This document shows, one piece after another, positions 28,396 through 40,941 of a stretch of 64,000 nt of DNA. The position numbers were made by a program, and so were the translations under genes. Under the pieces are notes generated by a model. It worked only from the letters and a program-made list of their open reading frames with translations. It was not told the origin of the DNA and ran no database searches. The number at the start of each line of letters is the position of its first letter. Within the stretch, counting starts at the first letter, position 1. Origin of the DNA: Squalus acanthias. Taxonomy: Eukaryota. Where the stretch lies: the NCBI GenBank assembly GCA_030390025.1, contig CM059446.1:13578001-13642000 (forward strand), in the 5' to 3' direction.

Positions 28396-28660
28396 GCTGC
28401 TCATTTTGCATCCAGGTCCTCTCACAGCAAAGGCCAGGCAATCTCTGAGACCAGGCGGTCTCTGACCTGCAATGATGTCATCATCAGAGGCGACTTTCAG
28501 ACTGAAACCACTAATTGGTTCATGGGTTTCCCACATGCTGGAACTCAATTGCCCAATTAAGTGAAAATTGCATCAATCTCCCACATCCAATTGCAGTCGG
28601 GTGGATAACACGAAATGCGGATGACACGACCCAACCCGCCCCAGTATCAAAATCCAGCCC
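27840..28660. mobile_element. Harbinger-type MITE containing a (CT)n tract
   Basis: Perfect 12-bp TIRs GGGCTGGATTTT / AAAATCCAGCCC; flanks AAT and TAT. Confidence 0.85.
28316..28392 (+). repeat. (CT)n microsatellite
   Basis: Direct observation. Confidence 0.97.
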
Positions 28661-29767
28661 TATAAGACTGTGAGTTTAAGCGGTTGTGCACATTATCTCC
28701 CACCCAGTGGTGGAGTTATCACCAGGTTCTCTGTTGAGCAGTGTTAAGCTGCTCAGCACCGCAAGGGCAGAGTCCACTGGGTGCTGGCATGGGTAACTGC
28801 TGGGCATTGCTGTACAGTTGTGTGCAGCAGACCACGATTGTTTACAAGGCGTGACATGGCATTCGGTGACATAAAACATGATGAATACTGGTAGTGTTGT
28901 TTAAAGGCGCCAGATAAAAATAAAGTTGACAAAGATGCTATTTAAAAAATATATATATATATATGAAGTCTTGAAAAGTTTACCAAAATTTTGAACCATA
29001 TTAACATTCTGATCCCACCATGTTTCGACAGTTCAGTCACCCATGTGCCAGTCTCAGTGTTGTGTTGGTTCATTGGGAGTAGTTTTTCAAGTGCGCACTG
29101 TGGGGGGGAACCAATGGGCCTGCGACTTTTCCAATCCAGTTGGTGAGTCGGATTAACTCCGCCTACACACGCTTAAAACGTTCCCTCCATTGTGTTGTAC
29201 GGAAGCCAGCACTAATTTGAGCATGCAGTCACACCACCATTGTTGGGCCAGCGATGAGTTAAGTGTTCCAGTTTGAGATTTGTTGGTGTTACACTAGAAA
29301 TGAATAATCAACACTTGCTGGCATTCCATTTCCACTTAGTGCACGAAAAACTTCTGGAACTTTCCAGATGATTATAATTCACCAGGAGTGGAAGACCTAT
29401 GCTTATTTTTCTTTCTCAGCAATTCTTCTTTCCTGAGATAAATAGGGTTAGTTGGCAAGACATTGTGTTGGCTCACTTACATGTTACTCCATACACCTTC
29501 CCCAGGAGTATCACATAATAAAGTCTGATTTCAGTCTTGTGGAATGGGGAGGTGTCAGGTGGAACAGAGGCACTCTTCTTGGGGATAAGGAACTCTGTCA
29601 TACACTTCCCAGTGTTCAAGTCAAGTCAGGTGTTGGCAGGAAGCTGGGAGAAGATCATCTGCCCATCCACTTAAGGAATGGGGTGTGCCACAGCGGCATC
29701 TAAAGAGGTGGCAAGCTTACAAAATAGCTGGCAAAATATATCCGCAGTTTGTTGCTTTGATTTCCCA

Positions 29768-30800
29768 GTAAATGGCTGTTTTTCAGACTGGAGGATGGTA
29801 GACAGTGGTGTTCCCCAAGGGTCAGTGCTGGGGCCACTGCTTTTTTTGATATATACAAATGACCTGGATATTGGAATACAGAGTAGAATTTCTAAATTTG
29901 CCGATGACACCAAACTTGGGGGTGTGGCAAACAGTGATGATGATACCAATCAACTGCAACAGGACATAGAAAGGCTAGCAGAATGGGCAGACAAGTGGCA
30001 GATGGAATTTAATACAGAGAAGTGTGAGTTGATGCATTTTGGCAGAAGGAACAGGGAGAGGCAATATACACTTAATGGCACCGTTTTAAAGAGTGTGCAG
30101 GGACAGAGGGACCTGGGAGTTAATGTGCATAGGTCCCTGAAGGTGGCGGGACATATTGAGAGAGTGGTTAACAAAGCATATGGGATCTTGGGCTTCATAA
30201 ATAGAGGTATTGAGTACAAAAGTAGAGAAGTTATGCTGAACCTTAATAAAGCGCTAGTTAGGCCACAACTGGAGTATTGCGTCCAGTTCTGGTCACCACA
30301 CTTTAGGAAGGATGTGAAGGCTCTTGGGAGGGTGCAGAGGAGATTTACCAGAATGGTTCCGGGGATGGGGGATCTTAGCTACAAGGACAGGTTGGAGAAG
30401 CTGGATTTGTTTTCATTCGAGCAAAGGAGGTTGAGGGGTGATTTGATAGAGGTGTACAAGATTATGACGAATTTGGATAGGCTGTTTCCACTAGTTGATG
30501 GTACAAGGACTAAGGGACGCAGATTTAAGGTTTTGGCCAAGAGATACAGGGGGGATGTGAGGAAAAACTTTTTTACGCAGCGAGTGGTGATGACCTGGAA
30601 TTCGCTGCCGACGGAAGTGGTGGAAGCGGAGACACTCGATATTTTCAAGGGGAGACTGGATAGGCAGTTGAGGGAAATAAACTTGCAGGGCTACGGGGAT
30701 AGAGCGGGGGAATGGGACTGACTGGATTGCTCTACAGAGAGCCGGCACGGGCTCGATGGGCCGAATGGCCTCCTTCTGTGCCGTTATGAATCTATAACTA
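29768..30800 (+). mobile_element. CR1 (HER1-like) LINE, 5'-truncated, with RT C-terminal half
   Basis: ORF 29678-30721 contains SGVPQGSVLGPLLFLIY and KFADDTKL; 3' UTR GATGGGCCGAATGGCCTCCTTCTGTG. Confidence 0.95.
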
Positions 30801-30861
30801 AAGAGATATCGATTTTTCAGATTTGATGTTGTCTCCTTTCTCAGCTTCTTCCTGCCTTAGA

Positions 30862-31307
30862 GAAAGAAAGACTTGCATTTATATAGCGCCTTTCATGACC
30901 ACCGGACGTCTCAAAGCGCTTTACAGCCAATGAAGTACTTTTTGAAGCGCAGTCACTGTTGTAATGTGGGAAACACGGCAGCCAATTTGCGCACAGCAAG
31001 CTCCCACAAACAGCAATGTGATAATGACCAGATAATCTGTTTTTAGTGATGTTGGTTGAGGGATAAATATTGTCCAGGACACCGGGGATAACTCCCCTGC
31101 TCTTCTTCGAAATAGTGCCATGAGATCTTTTACATCCACCTGAGAGAGCAGACGGGGCCTCGGTTTAACGTCTCATCCGAAAGATGGCACCTCCGACAGT
31201 GCAGGCACTCCCTCAGCACTGCACTGGAGTGTCAGCCTAGCTTTATGTGCTCAAGTCCCTGGAATGGGACTTGAACCCACAACCTTCTGACTCAGAGGCG
31301 AGTGTGC
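30862..31307 (-). mobile_element. Deu-domain SINE, near full length
   Basis: Reverse complement of the 4399-4850 and 10662 SINEs, including the B box. Confidence 0.9.
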
Positions 31308-32112
31308 GAGGACACCTCCAGAAGATAACTAAATTTGGAGGTAAGCGCCTCCAGGATTCTCGGTAGCACAGAGCTCTGCTCTACCGATGCCCTGTGCCAC
31401 AGATTTGTGCCCATAGCTCCTCACACACAAGTCTCTGTCGAGCAGGCTTGGAGGGCAGCCAAGGTTACAGTCGTTCAGGTTTCATTTTCTAATATTGAGT
31501 CTCTTTCAAAAATAAAATATGTAATTTCTCTCCCTCATCCATTTCTACTGTCATGAAATAATGAGAAACAATGCATTTTCAATGACCTAATCACAAGTTC
31601 ACAATCTAAAATTACTCGTTAGTCAGATTTAGCTGAGAGAGGCCTCAGCAGCAGAGTGAAAAATGAGACTGTTGCTAATGTAGAAGGGCATGTTTATAAA
31701 GGTTGGATTGAATGCCGCCATTTTGGACAAAGAAGCTTTGTTGAGTACCAGGCCCAGCTGTAGCCTTGTCTCATTATCAGCATCTCAGACAAAAGATTGA
31801 GGGAAAAGAGCTTTGTCATCAAGGCCAACGCTCAACCAGATTATTGTTTGAGCTTCCTTTAACTGACAGAATAACCCTGCATAATATTATCAGTGACATA
31901 AGGGGGAAAATAATACCATTTAGAAAGAAAACTGGCAACAGAGTCACATTGGTGTTAATATTTAGAGTGGAAAGATTGTCGGTAAATGGCCACCAGATAT
32001 ACAAGTGGTAGAAACCCTTCTTCAACTTAGTCAGCGCTTGATGCTGTTTATTCTTCTTAAGGTGTTTTGTGGAACATTTTGTGCTCGTCAAGGTAAGGAT
32101 GTTTGAGATGGA

Positions 32113-32945
32113 GAGCGCGATCTTGCCAGCCCTTTGGAGGCAGGACTGCTGGGAAAATGGCAGAGTCTGGGGGCGGGTGCCCATCCCGCCCCCAACCCGC
32201 CTCCGAGCCATCTTCCCGGGAGGCGGGTAGCCGACCCGCGCCGGGTCCCGTCTCCTGGAGGCAGGAAGGGGATTACAGCCACTTAACTACCTGTACAGGT
32301 AGTTAACAGGGCAGATAAGAGGATTATCCCCATTTTACCCACACAAGTGCGGGCTTCCCGAAGGCTGCGAACCCCGCCAGGGTCACCGAGGCGAGCAGTG
32401 GGTCTGCGGGGTTCGGAAGGGGTGCAAAAGTGCGCTGTGAAGGTAAGTGATGGGTGCAAGTGTGGAGAGGTGAGTATGTGAGGTAAATGGAAAGTGATAG
32501 AAAATGTTTGCTTACCTTTGTTTCTTCCTGCAGGCTTCAAACGTTGGGGATGCGGAGAGTCTCGCATCTCACCGGTAGAGATGACAGATGGCTGCTGCAT
32601 TCTCCAATGCAACAACCATCTAATTTCTGCTCACAAAAGAGGTTTGATGAGTCTTGAATACAAGAACTCATCAAACTACAGAGAATGTCAGTGTTTGACA
32701 GCTTCACAGAGCTATCAAATGATGACAATTCATCTGTCAAAAATCTTTGACAGATGAAACGTCATACGCTGACGTTCTCTGTAATTGGCTTCCCCTTAAT
32801 TGGCCTGCTAAGCCCGTTGGGCGGGCTTAACAAGGTCAATCAAGGGAAAATAGCGTGGGTTAGCCAGAGGTCGATGGAGGCGGAACTAAAACCCGACAAG
32901 TGGGAGTCCCGCCTCCAAAATCTCCCCATTGGCAAAATCCAGCCC
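32113..32945 (-). mobile_element. Harbinger-type non-autonomous element (copy 2, inverted relative to 26106-26882)
   Basis: Right end AAAATCCAGCCC; degenerate left TIR; 3-bp TSD GGA/GGA; end-to-end reverse-complement similarity to copy 1. Confidence 0.85.
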
Positions 32946-33440
32946 GGAGAGTTGAATGTTTTTTCCTCCACATCAGCATCAAGATGGAGTTGTCCTGGTG
33001 AGGTTAAAGTTATAGGTACATTGCCCCATCAATGTGCTTGAAGCCCAACCTGAGAAAGAAAAGAGCGACCTGCATTTTTCTAGTGTATTATTAAATCATT
33101 ACAAATTCCTGAAAACGCCTCATACCTTGACTTACTGTTTGATGGGTAGTGATTGTTGCATAGGCAGAATGAATACCTCTGACAGCACCAATGTAACATT
33201 TCTATTCCCACATTTGTGGCATCCAATCACTTCAGAATACTTTTGCTAAAGACCTGGACTGCTTAATCTAATTTTGTTAGTATAAGAGGGAGCTTTTATT
33301 TCATCAATCCAAGCAAGGTTCAAACCCAGGTGTCACCAATGGAAGTACAGCATTGACCTGCATGGAGACGATTGAGTAAAATCCAAAGGTTGGTTTTCCT
33401 TTAATGAGGTGGGTCAACATTGTTTTTCTTTCCATTCCAG

Positions 33441-33550
33441 ATTGAGGAGGACACCTGGCAGAAGTACTACCTAGAAGGGGTAGCAAATGAAATGTACACC
33501 GAGTATCTGTCCAGTGCCTTCATCGGCTTGTCCTTTCCTGCAGTTTGTGA
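33441..33550 (+). CDS. KCNMA1: KCNMA1 coding exon: [36 protein letters not shown](E)
   Basis: TTCCAG| acceptor, GA|GTAAGT donor, 110 nt, phase 0/2; continues the 7315-7470 frame. Confidence 0.97.
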
Positions 33551-34217
33551 GTAAGTAAATAAGTCAGTTTTTGTCTATTATCGCCAAATTTAACTTTAAG
33601 CACAGTAGTAAGCACTGACTAACTCCTCTAATTCCAGTGAGTGTCAGAACACTCTTCCCAACTGCTTCAGTTGTACAGAGTATTTGTTCCAGCAATTACA
33701 ATTCCATCCCATCAAAATTTTTTTGGATTAGTTCCAGAGGAGTTGTCATACTCCCGGATATGGTGATTGATATGGGCCTTTGATTTTACATGTATTTTTT
33801 ATTATATAAGAGTGTAATCATTTTAGGGTTCAGTGCGCAAAGGGGTAAGTAATACCTCTCAACAAAACTTCTGTTCCTCTTGCAGCTCAAGAGTCATTGG
33901 CCTAGAAATTGGTTTGGGCCGGCCTGTCTGCGCGAACTGGGTGCAGGGAACTATCCCTGCACCAAAACAGTTAGGCCTGAGGCCTGAGGCACACCTGATT
34001 GATGCCCCGGGCCTCCTTTACATGAGCTGCAGGCGCCTTTGTCCCTGTGTACACCCTACAGTCTTAGAACGAGCTGTAGGTCAATGTTCTCAATTCCACC
34101 AGCCATGGCCACTACTTCAGCCACTTTGCTCCTGCCTATTGGAGCTCCCTCTCTCAGTATCTCCTCCTTACTACCTACCTTCAAACACCTGCTTATGACC
34201 CTCCTCTTCAACCCTGG

Positions 34218-34600
34218 GGTACGGTAACATAGTGATTATGTCACTGGGCTAGTAATCCGGAGGCCTGGACTAATGATCCGGAGACGTGAGTTCATAATCC
34301 CACCACGGCAGCTGGAGAATTTAAATTCAGTTAATTAAATAAATCTGGAATAAAAAGCTAGTATCAGTAATGGTGACCATGAAACTACCGGATTGTTGTA
34401 AAAACCCATCTGGTTCACTAATGTCCTTTAGGGAGGGAAATCTGCCGTCCTTACCCGGTCTGGCCTGTTTGGGACTCCAGACCCACAGCCATGTGGTTGA
34501 CTCTTAACTGCCCTCTGAAATGGTGGCTGTTCTCGAGGGCAATTAGGGATGGGCAATAAATGCTAGTCTTGCGATGCCCACATGCGAGGAGCAAATTTTA
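34218..34600 (+). mobile_element. Second tRNA-headed SINE family (tail GGGCAATTAGGGATGGGCAATAAATGCT)
   Basis: B-box-like GAGTTCATAATCC; inverted copy at 36628-37112; family not named with confidence. Confidence 0.75.
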
Positions 34601-36627
34601 AAATAATTTCACTCAGCATCACCCTATAAAGTGGTTTAAAGGCACCTCCTTGCATGTAGATCACTACAGAAATGTAAGTTGCTGCTGTTTGATACCAGAT
34701 AGACCCTTACGTCAGCACAAAGTCAAATGTACAAATTTTGATCTCAGTGCCACTTCCGTGTCTATCTCCTCTGGTCAGTGCCCCCCCCCCCCCCCCGCCA
34801 CCCCGACCACACTTTGCTGCGCTCTCCTCTGCGTAATACTGTTCTGACTACTCTCTCCTCTCTGGCCGTTACTGCTCCTTATCCATTAGTCTACATAATT
34901 AAAAGTCTTGTGAATAACAGTCACACATTAAATGTGACAGCCTATACATTTAATGTGAGAATGAGCTATTTGCAAGACACAAAAAAATTATCCATCACAC
35001 TTTTCTGATTGGCTCAAATAACCACTATCTGTCAAGTTAACGATACTGATTCACTCAAAAATGTTGAAGTAATCCTTCATAAAACAGGGATGAAAAACCA
35101 CTTATAAGGAGAACACAACATTACTGAGAATTTCTGCATATCCCAGTTACTCATGGAAAGGTTAATGTCCTGATATATAGACAGTTTACATCGTTCACAT
35201 TGGGCAGTTTAGTGGCATGGTGTGTTAGTATACCAACATGCTACCCACGGTGTTAGGCATAGGTCTAATAACTCTTTATATGATAAGTACCTAATCTCAG
35301 TTGGGTTGCAAAGGATGAGAGGATGAGTCAACCTCCTTCATGCATCTTCTAGTGGCTGATTACTGAATATCACTGGAAAGAAAAATGTACGGCTGTCTTC
35401 TTGACTTCCTCTCAAAAATGGCACACTAATATAAGGGGTTATTTTTCTGTTCTTTAGATTTCAAGCAAGCATGTTTGGGAAAGGGTAATGTAATTTAATG
35501 TTGGAACAGGAATGCAATAAAATTCCATTCAAACTACTGTGGAGAGTTAAGGAGCACAATTAAAATAAATCTGGATCCTAAATCAGACAGCTGTATATAT
35601 AATGCCTAGATTAAATAGTCTAACTGATGGTTCTTGTTCTTCCGAATATGTCATCAGAAGTGATGGTAGTTCAATGATGGCCAAGCTATGCCCTCGGTCA
35701 GGGCAAAGGTGACCATGAACATGAAGGGGGAATCAAATTCAATTGAGCTCAACAAATGGAATTGAATTGGGCTTCCCAGTGTAGGCTGAGCGTATGAAAG
35801 CAGCAATGCTTCTGTTTGGTAATTACAGTTCAGATTTTGGATTTCCCCTCGGGAGATGCTGATTACTTTATTACGAGAGTAATGTTCATATACCAAACAA
35901 CAGTCGCCTTGTCGTGGTAATGGCTGCTTGGAAAACTCGCATCATCTGTTCTCATGGGGTTAATGAGATTTAAACAAGGAGGGGTTGTTATTGTCGACTA
36001 ATGATGCAGTGCCACGAGGAAGTGATGATCAATGAATGCAGATGTTCTAATGAGATTTAGGAATCGCCTAAAAATCTTCACTTGACACATAGGTTTTGCC
36101 TAGAGACTCAATTATCCTGTTTTCTAGTTTAAATTAAAGAGACCTCATTATTCACGCTCTCATGTCCTTGCTAGTGTTAGATGGATAACGCTATCCAATT
36201 CTCTTTAATTAAGCCCTATGATAATCAATATGTCCTTTTGTATATTGTTGTGCAAATTAATCCATGTTAACATTACAGTAAATACAGCTGTTTTATGGAA
36301 TAATGTTAGGAAGGAGCAAGATATAATTAAACAGATGAAAAGTTTTAAAATGTAAGTACTGGAGCTGATTACTTTCAAAATGCCAGATTGATTCATCATT
36401 AATTCTTGATGATTCTTCTTCCAAATGATGTGGATTCTGTGCTGGACTTCTTTACTGAAATATTCAGTTGGATAGCCTGCTCCAAAACTGTGATGGGGCC
36501 CCTTAGAGTTATTTCCAGATTCTTTTACTGTAGAACATATGTGAAAAATTCTCGCAGTCTCGTGAAGCCCAGTAGGATCATGGGGGTGGGGAGTAAAAAG
36601 ATTGCTGGACATCTGAAATAGTACGTT

Positions 36628-37112
36628 TTTAAAAATTCATTCACAGGATGTGGGCGTCGCTGGCAAGGCCAGCATTTATTGCCCATCCCTATTTGCCCTT
36701 GATAAGGTGGTGGTGAGCCACCTTCTTGGTTTGCTCGGCCATTTCAGAGGGCAGTTAAGAGTCAGCCACATTGCTGTGGGTCTGGAGTCACATATAGGCG
36801 GGGTAATTTCATAGAAACATAGAAGATTGGAGCAGGAGTCGGCCATTCGGCCCCTCGAGCCTGCTCCGCCATTCAATGCGATCATGGCTGATCATGATCA
36901 TGATTTCCTTCCCTTAATGAACCAGGTGGGTTTTTACAACAATTCAGTAGTTGCATGGTCACCATTACTGACACTAGCTTTATATTCCAGATTTATTTAG
37001 CTGAATTTAAATTCCCCAGCTGCCGTGGTGGGATTTGAACTATTGTCTTCAGATCATTCAATCCAGCCCACTGGATTACTAGTCCAGTAACATAACCACT
37101 CTGCTACCGTTC
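36628..37112 (-). mobile_element. Second SINE family copy with a CR1 tail inserted (~36810-36895)
   Basis: Reverse complement of 34218-34600. Confidence 0.75.
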
Positions 37113-37544
37113 CCTGAAACAAAGCAGGTCCTTCAGCTTCTGAAAGAGAAAGTTGGGTTAACATTTCAAAGTGGAACCTTTCATCAGAATTGGTACGGTG
37201 GACCTTGTGGATTGGTCAAAGCAGCAATGGAAGGAGAGAACAAGAGATACAGATCAGGAGTCTAGACATGCTACTTTCACTTTAACAAGAAGCTAGTGCG
37301 TTTAATAATGCATAAATATTATACAGTAAGGTTATATGATATGGTGCGGGAGACTTAGCTAGAATATTGGTGTTGAACTGGATAATTGTTGAATAAAAGG
37401 TCTAGTTCAGGGTTTTTTTTTGCGTATTTGGTACGCACAACAGGACAGTGAGATTGCGTTTAGTTGCTGTAAGTAGTTACATGGGATTGTATTCCGTATC
37501 ATTATCTACTACTAATACATTGACATATATTTATTAGTTTTACC

Positions 37545-37990
37545 TGGACTAAAAGGGTTAAATTATGAGTGCAGGTCGCATAAACTTGGGTTATATTCCC
37601 TTAAGCTTAGAAGGTTAAGAGGTGATTTAATGAAGGTGTTTAAACGATAAAAGGATTTGATAGAGTGGATACAGGGAAGCGATGTCCTCTGGTAGGGGGA
37701 TTCCAGAACAAGAAGGCACAATCTTAAAATTAGAGCTGGGCCATACAAGAGTGAAATCAGGAAGCACTTTTTCACACAAAGGGTCGTGGAAATGTGGAAT
37801 GCTCTCTCCCAAAAGACTGTGGCTGTTTGGTCAATTGACATTTTCAAGACTGAGAGCGACAGGTTTTTATTTGGTAAGGGTGTGAAAGGATAAGGATCAA
37901 AGGCAGAAAAGGCGCAGGGTAGCCATGATGTAATGAAATGCCAGAATAGGCTCGAGGGGCCGAATGGCCTGCTCTTGTTCTTATGTTCCG
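37545..37990 (+). mobile_element. Degenerate CR1 3' fragment
   Basis: RRLRGDL and FFTQRVVEMWNAL remnants plus CR1 tail. Confidence 0.8.
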
Positions 37991-38874
37991 ATATACCTTA
38001 ATACTGTGGCCATGTTTAAAAACTTTAAGACAGTCAATGATTGTCAAAATTTCAGGATGATTAATAATTCTGATCGACTTCTGATTTAAGTTGACGATTC
38101 AGTTGTCCATTGAGTTTTATTTCAATATCTTTTTAGTCCATTTTATATTGTTCAAAATGAATACTAGTGTGGGTTCAGCTGTAGACATTACATTAGTGAC
38201 AAAAGTATTCTAAATTTAATTTTACACAAAGATCTTTGTTCATACGCAGGTTCAGCATTTATTGGTTAATTAATAACGATTGTATGACTAATAAAAATTG
38301 ATCTTCAGACTTTTTTTCGAAGTAAATTTAATAAGAGTGACTAGGATTAGGAGAGCAAAGTGATGGATGATAGGACCAGAGCTGGAAATATTTCCTTACT
38401 TGACACTGTATGTGTGTTAATTGACAAGCAAGTTGACGTACACAGCCAGAAATTATATGGCTAATCATTTTATATTTTGATTCATTCTCCGGTAAGAAGG
38501 TAGTTGAGGTTTATTGGGTACGCATTCATTTTTGTCACAAATACACTTATGAAAGACTAACTGCTTGGTGAACACTCCTTACAATTGTCTGATCAAGGAG
38601 AAATAGAATGAAATGGTTATTGCAGAGTGGAGTATCGGGTATAATTCTAAATTTCTGGTCTGCCCTGGTTTGCACTGGACGGTGCAAATAATGCAGCCTG
38701 TTCCTAGGGTAGATTCTCGAGACTCTGCAGTCATTGGTACTGACAAGATCTGCCTTATATTTCACATTTTGTTCTGGATGGACCAGCACCAGGAGCAGTT
38801 ACGCTGCGGAGCTGATCAATGTGGTAGAGCTTCTTTCACTTGACACGTGTGCACTTCCTTCAGTGTATAAACGT

Positions 38875-39127
38875 AAGAACATAAGAAATAAGAGCAGGAG
38901 TCGGCTATACGGCCCCTCGAGCCTGCTCCGCCATTCAATAAGATCATGGCTGATCGTCGACCACAACTCCACTTTCCCGCCCGATCCCCATATCCCTCGA
39001 TTCCCCTAGAGTCCAAAAATCTATCGATCGCAGCCTTGAATATACTAAAAAGAAAGACTTGCATTTATATAGCGCCTTTCACGACCACCGGACGTCTCAA
39101 AGCGCTTTACAGCCAATGAAGTACTTC
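38875..39127 (-). mobile_element. CR1 tail abutting a Deu-SINE tail
   Basis: 38875-39045 matches CR1 3' ends; 39050-39127 matches the SINE tail. Confidence 0.8.
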
Positions 39128-39455
39128 CCCGTATTACTTTGCAAAACTTGGATAAAGTTTTTGGGGGGAATTGGCAGCACGAAAGCTGTGTAGTTCATGA
39201 AGACGCCACACTTTCCCTCCTGTTGCCCAATGAGCCAGGAGGTTGCTCAAGCTGGTTCTTTCTTTTTGATCAAACCCCTCCAACTGATTATTTTGCAAAC
39301 TCCATGTGGAACTTGTGTAAGGTCTGTTTGATTCCCTCGTGCCGAGAACATGGTCAACTGCATTGACAGAGCACCTACCTTATTTGTGAGATGGTTTCAC
39401 CTGCCTCAGCGACGTAACCACACGAGGTAACTGGTTCTTTCTCTTCCATGTGCAG

Positions 39456-39524
39456 GCTGTGTTTTGTGAAGCTGAAGCTGTTACTGTTAGCCATAGAATA
39501 CAAATCAAACACGAGGGAAAGCAG
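39456..39524 (+). CDS. KCNMA1: KCNMA1 coding exon: (E)[22 protein letters not shown](S/R)
   Basis: TGCAG| acceptor, CAG|GTGAGT donor, 69 nt, phase 2/2. Confidence 0.96.
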
Positions 39525-40941
39525 GTGAGTGCCGCAGCCTTTACTGTGAATTGTGAGTATTAATTGCATCACAAGTCTTCCTAATGGACAAAGCAGTCAA
39601 GAGAACACTAAAGGTTGACAAAGGCATTCAGTTGTTGCTAGAAACTCAGCATCTTCTAACCCCATTTCACATTGGCACTTTAAATCTGATTAAAAGCCTG
39701 TTAATGTCGTATATCGCAGCTGCCATGTTGGTTGCAGAGTCCATGGTAGAGGTGAAGAAAGAATAAAAAGGGGCTGTATGATTGAAATAAGTACTGTGAT
39801 CTCTAGCTCTCGTGATGTGTTTCCTTCACTCTTTGAGCAATTGGTTCTTCCCCGGGCCATGCTATTGAAAAGCTAATAACATTGGGCCATGAGCACGGCA
39901 AGGAATGTTCTTTATATATACACAGGGAGTGTGAGAGGATTGGTCTGATCATTGCCTTTGCAATGGTCAGGGATGAAAACTAGCAGAGAACCAACAGGAC
40001 ATCAAATACCTAAACATTTCTTCAAATGTCACTGAATGTCAAATTTGTCAGCTTTATCAACATCATTCTACGTGGTTTCATTGCTACCCCAGGAACATCT
40101 CATTAATGCAACATACTTGTTTGGGCGGATACACAACAGGCAGATATTAAGCCATTTTTATTTTACGGAAGTGTATCACAACTAGTCATTTTTATCCCCT
40201 TTGGAAAGCCTGACAAATGTATCTTAAAAACGTGAAGAAAAATAGATAACGAGGATGAAGTGGCGCCAACTGCACCACCGGCTCACCAATGACTGATTCT
40301 GCTTATTATGTATTGTGGAGAGAAACAAAGCTCTACAACAGGAGATAATGTATAACAAACTGAGAATGGGTCAGGGCTCCAGCGGTGATTGGGGAATTGC
40401 AGGCTCGAGGGGCCGTATGTCCTACTCCTGCTCCTAATTCTTCTGTTCTTCTGCCTACCACTGGTTTGCATTCAGGGAAAAGGAATATTAAAAGGCTGAC
40501 AGTAGTGTTGTCCTATCATTGCAGCCAATGTAAAATGTCGTTTCATGGTGGCACTGGTCCCAGTTATCACCAATGGGAATACCATGGCCTTTCCACCAAT
40601 ACAACGGTTAGTAAAACATTCTCATCCATAAAATCATCGTAAGGGATCTGAATAAGATTAATTGAAATGCTTAACGTTCTTCAAATTTATCATCATTTTA
40701 TTCAGAAATGCCCCTACATTTTAAAGCCACTGCCTACAGCTGCTCATTTAGTTCCCATTGGCCCCTTGATTGGCAGTAACATGAGCCGTCCAGGCATTAT
40801 TGGTAACTTTGAAGGTTATGTGATGCATTCATGACCAGGAATTTCTTGTTCAGTAGCAGTCAATATGTAATTGGCTTGGAACAGGATGAACCTCACTGGC
40901 CATAGACAATATTAAAGTTACAGTACTCTGTGAGCATAGCC

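Noticed and set aside
28075-28560. (RE)n and (SL)n ORFs
   Set aside because: Translations of the (CT)n microsatellite
29678-30721. 347-aa reverse transcriptase ORF as a host or novel gene
   Set aside because: 5'-truncated CR1 ORF2; the N-terminus is read-through from flanking DNA and there is an internal deletion
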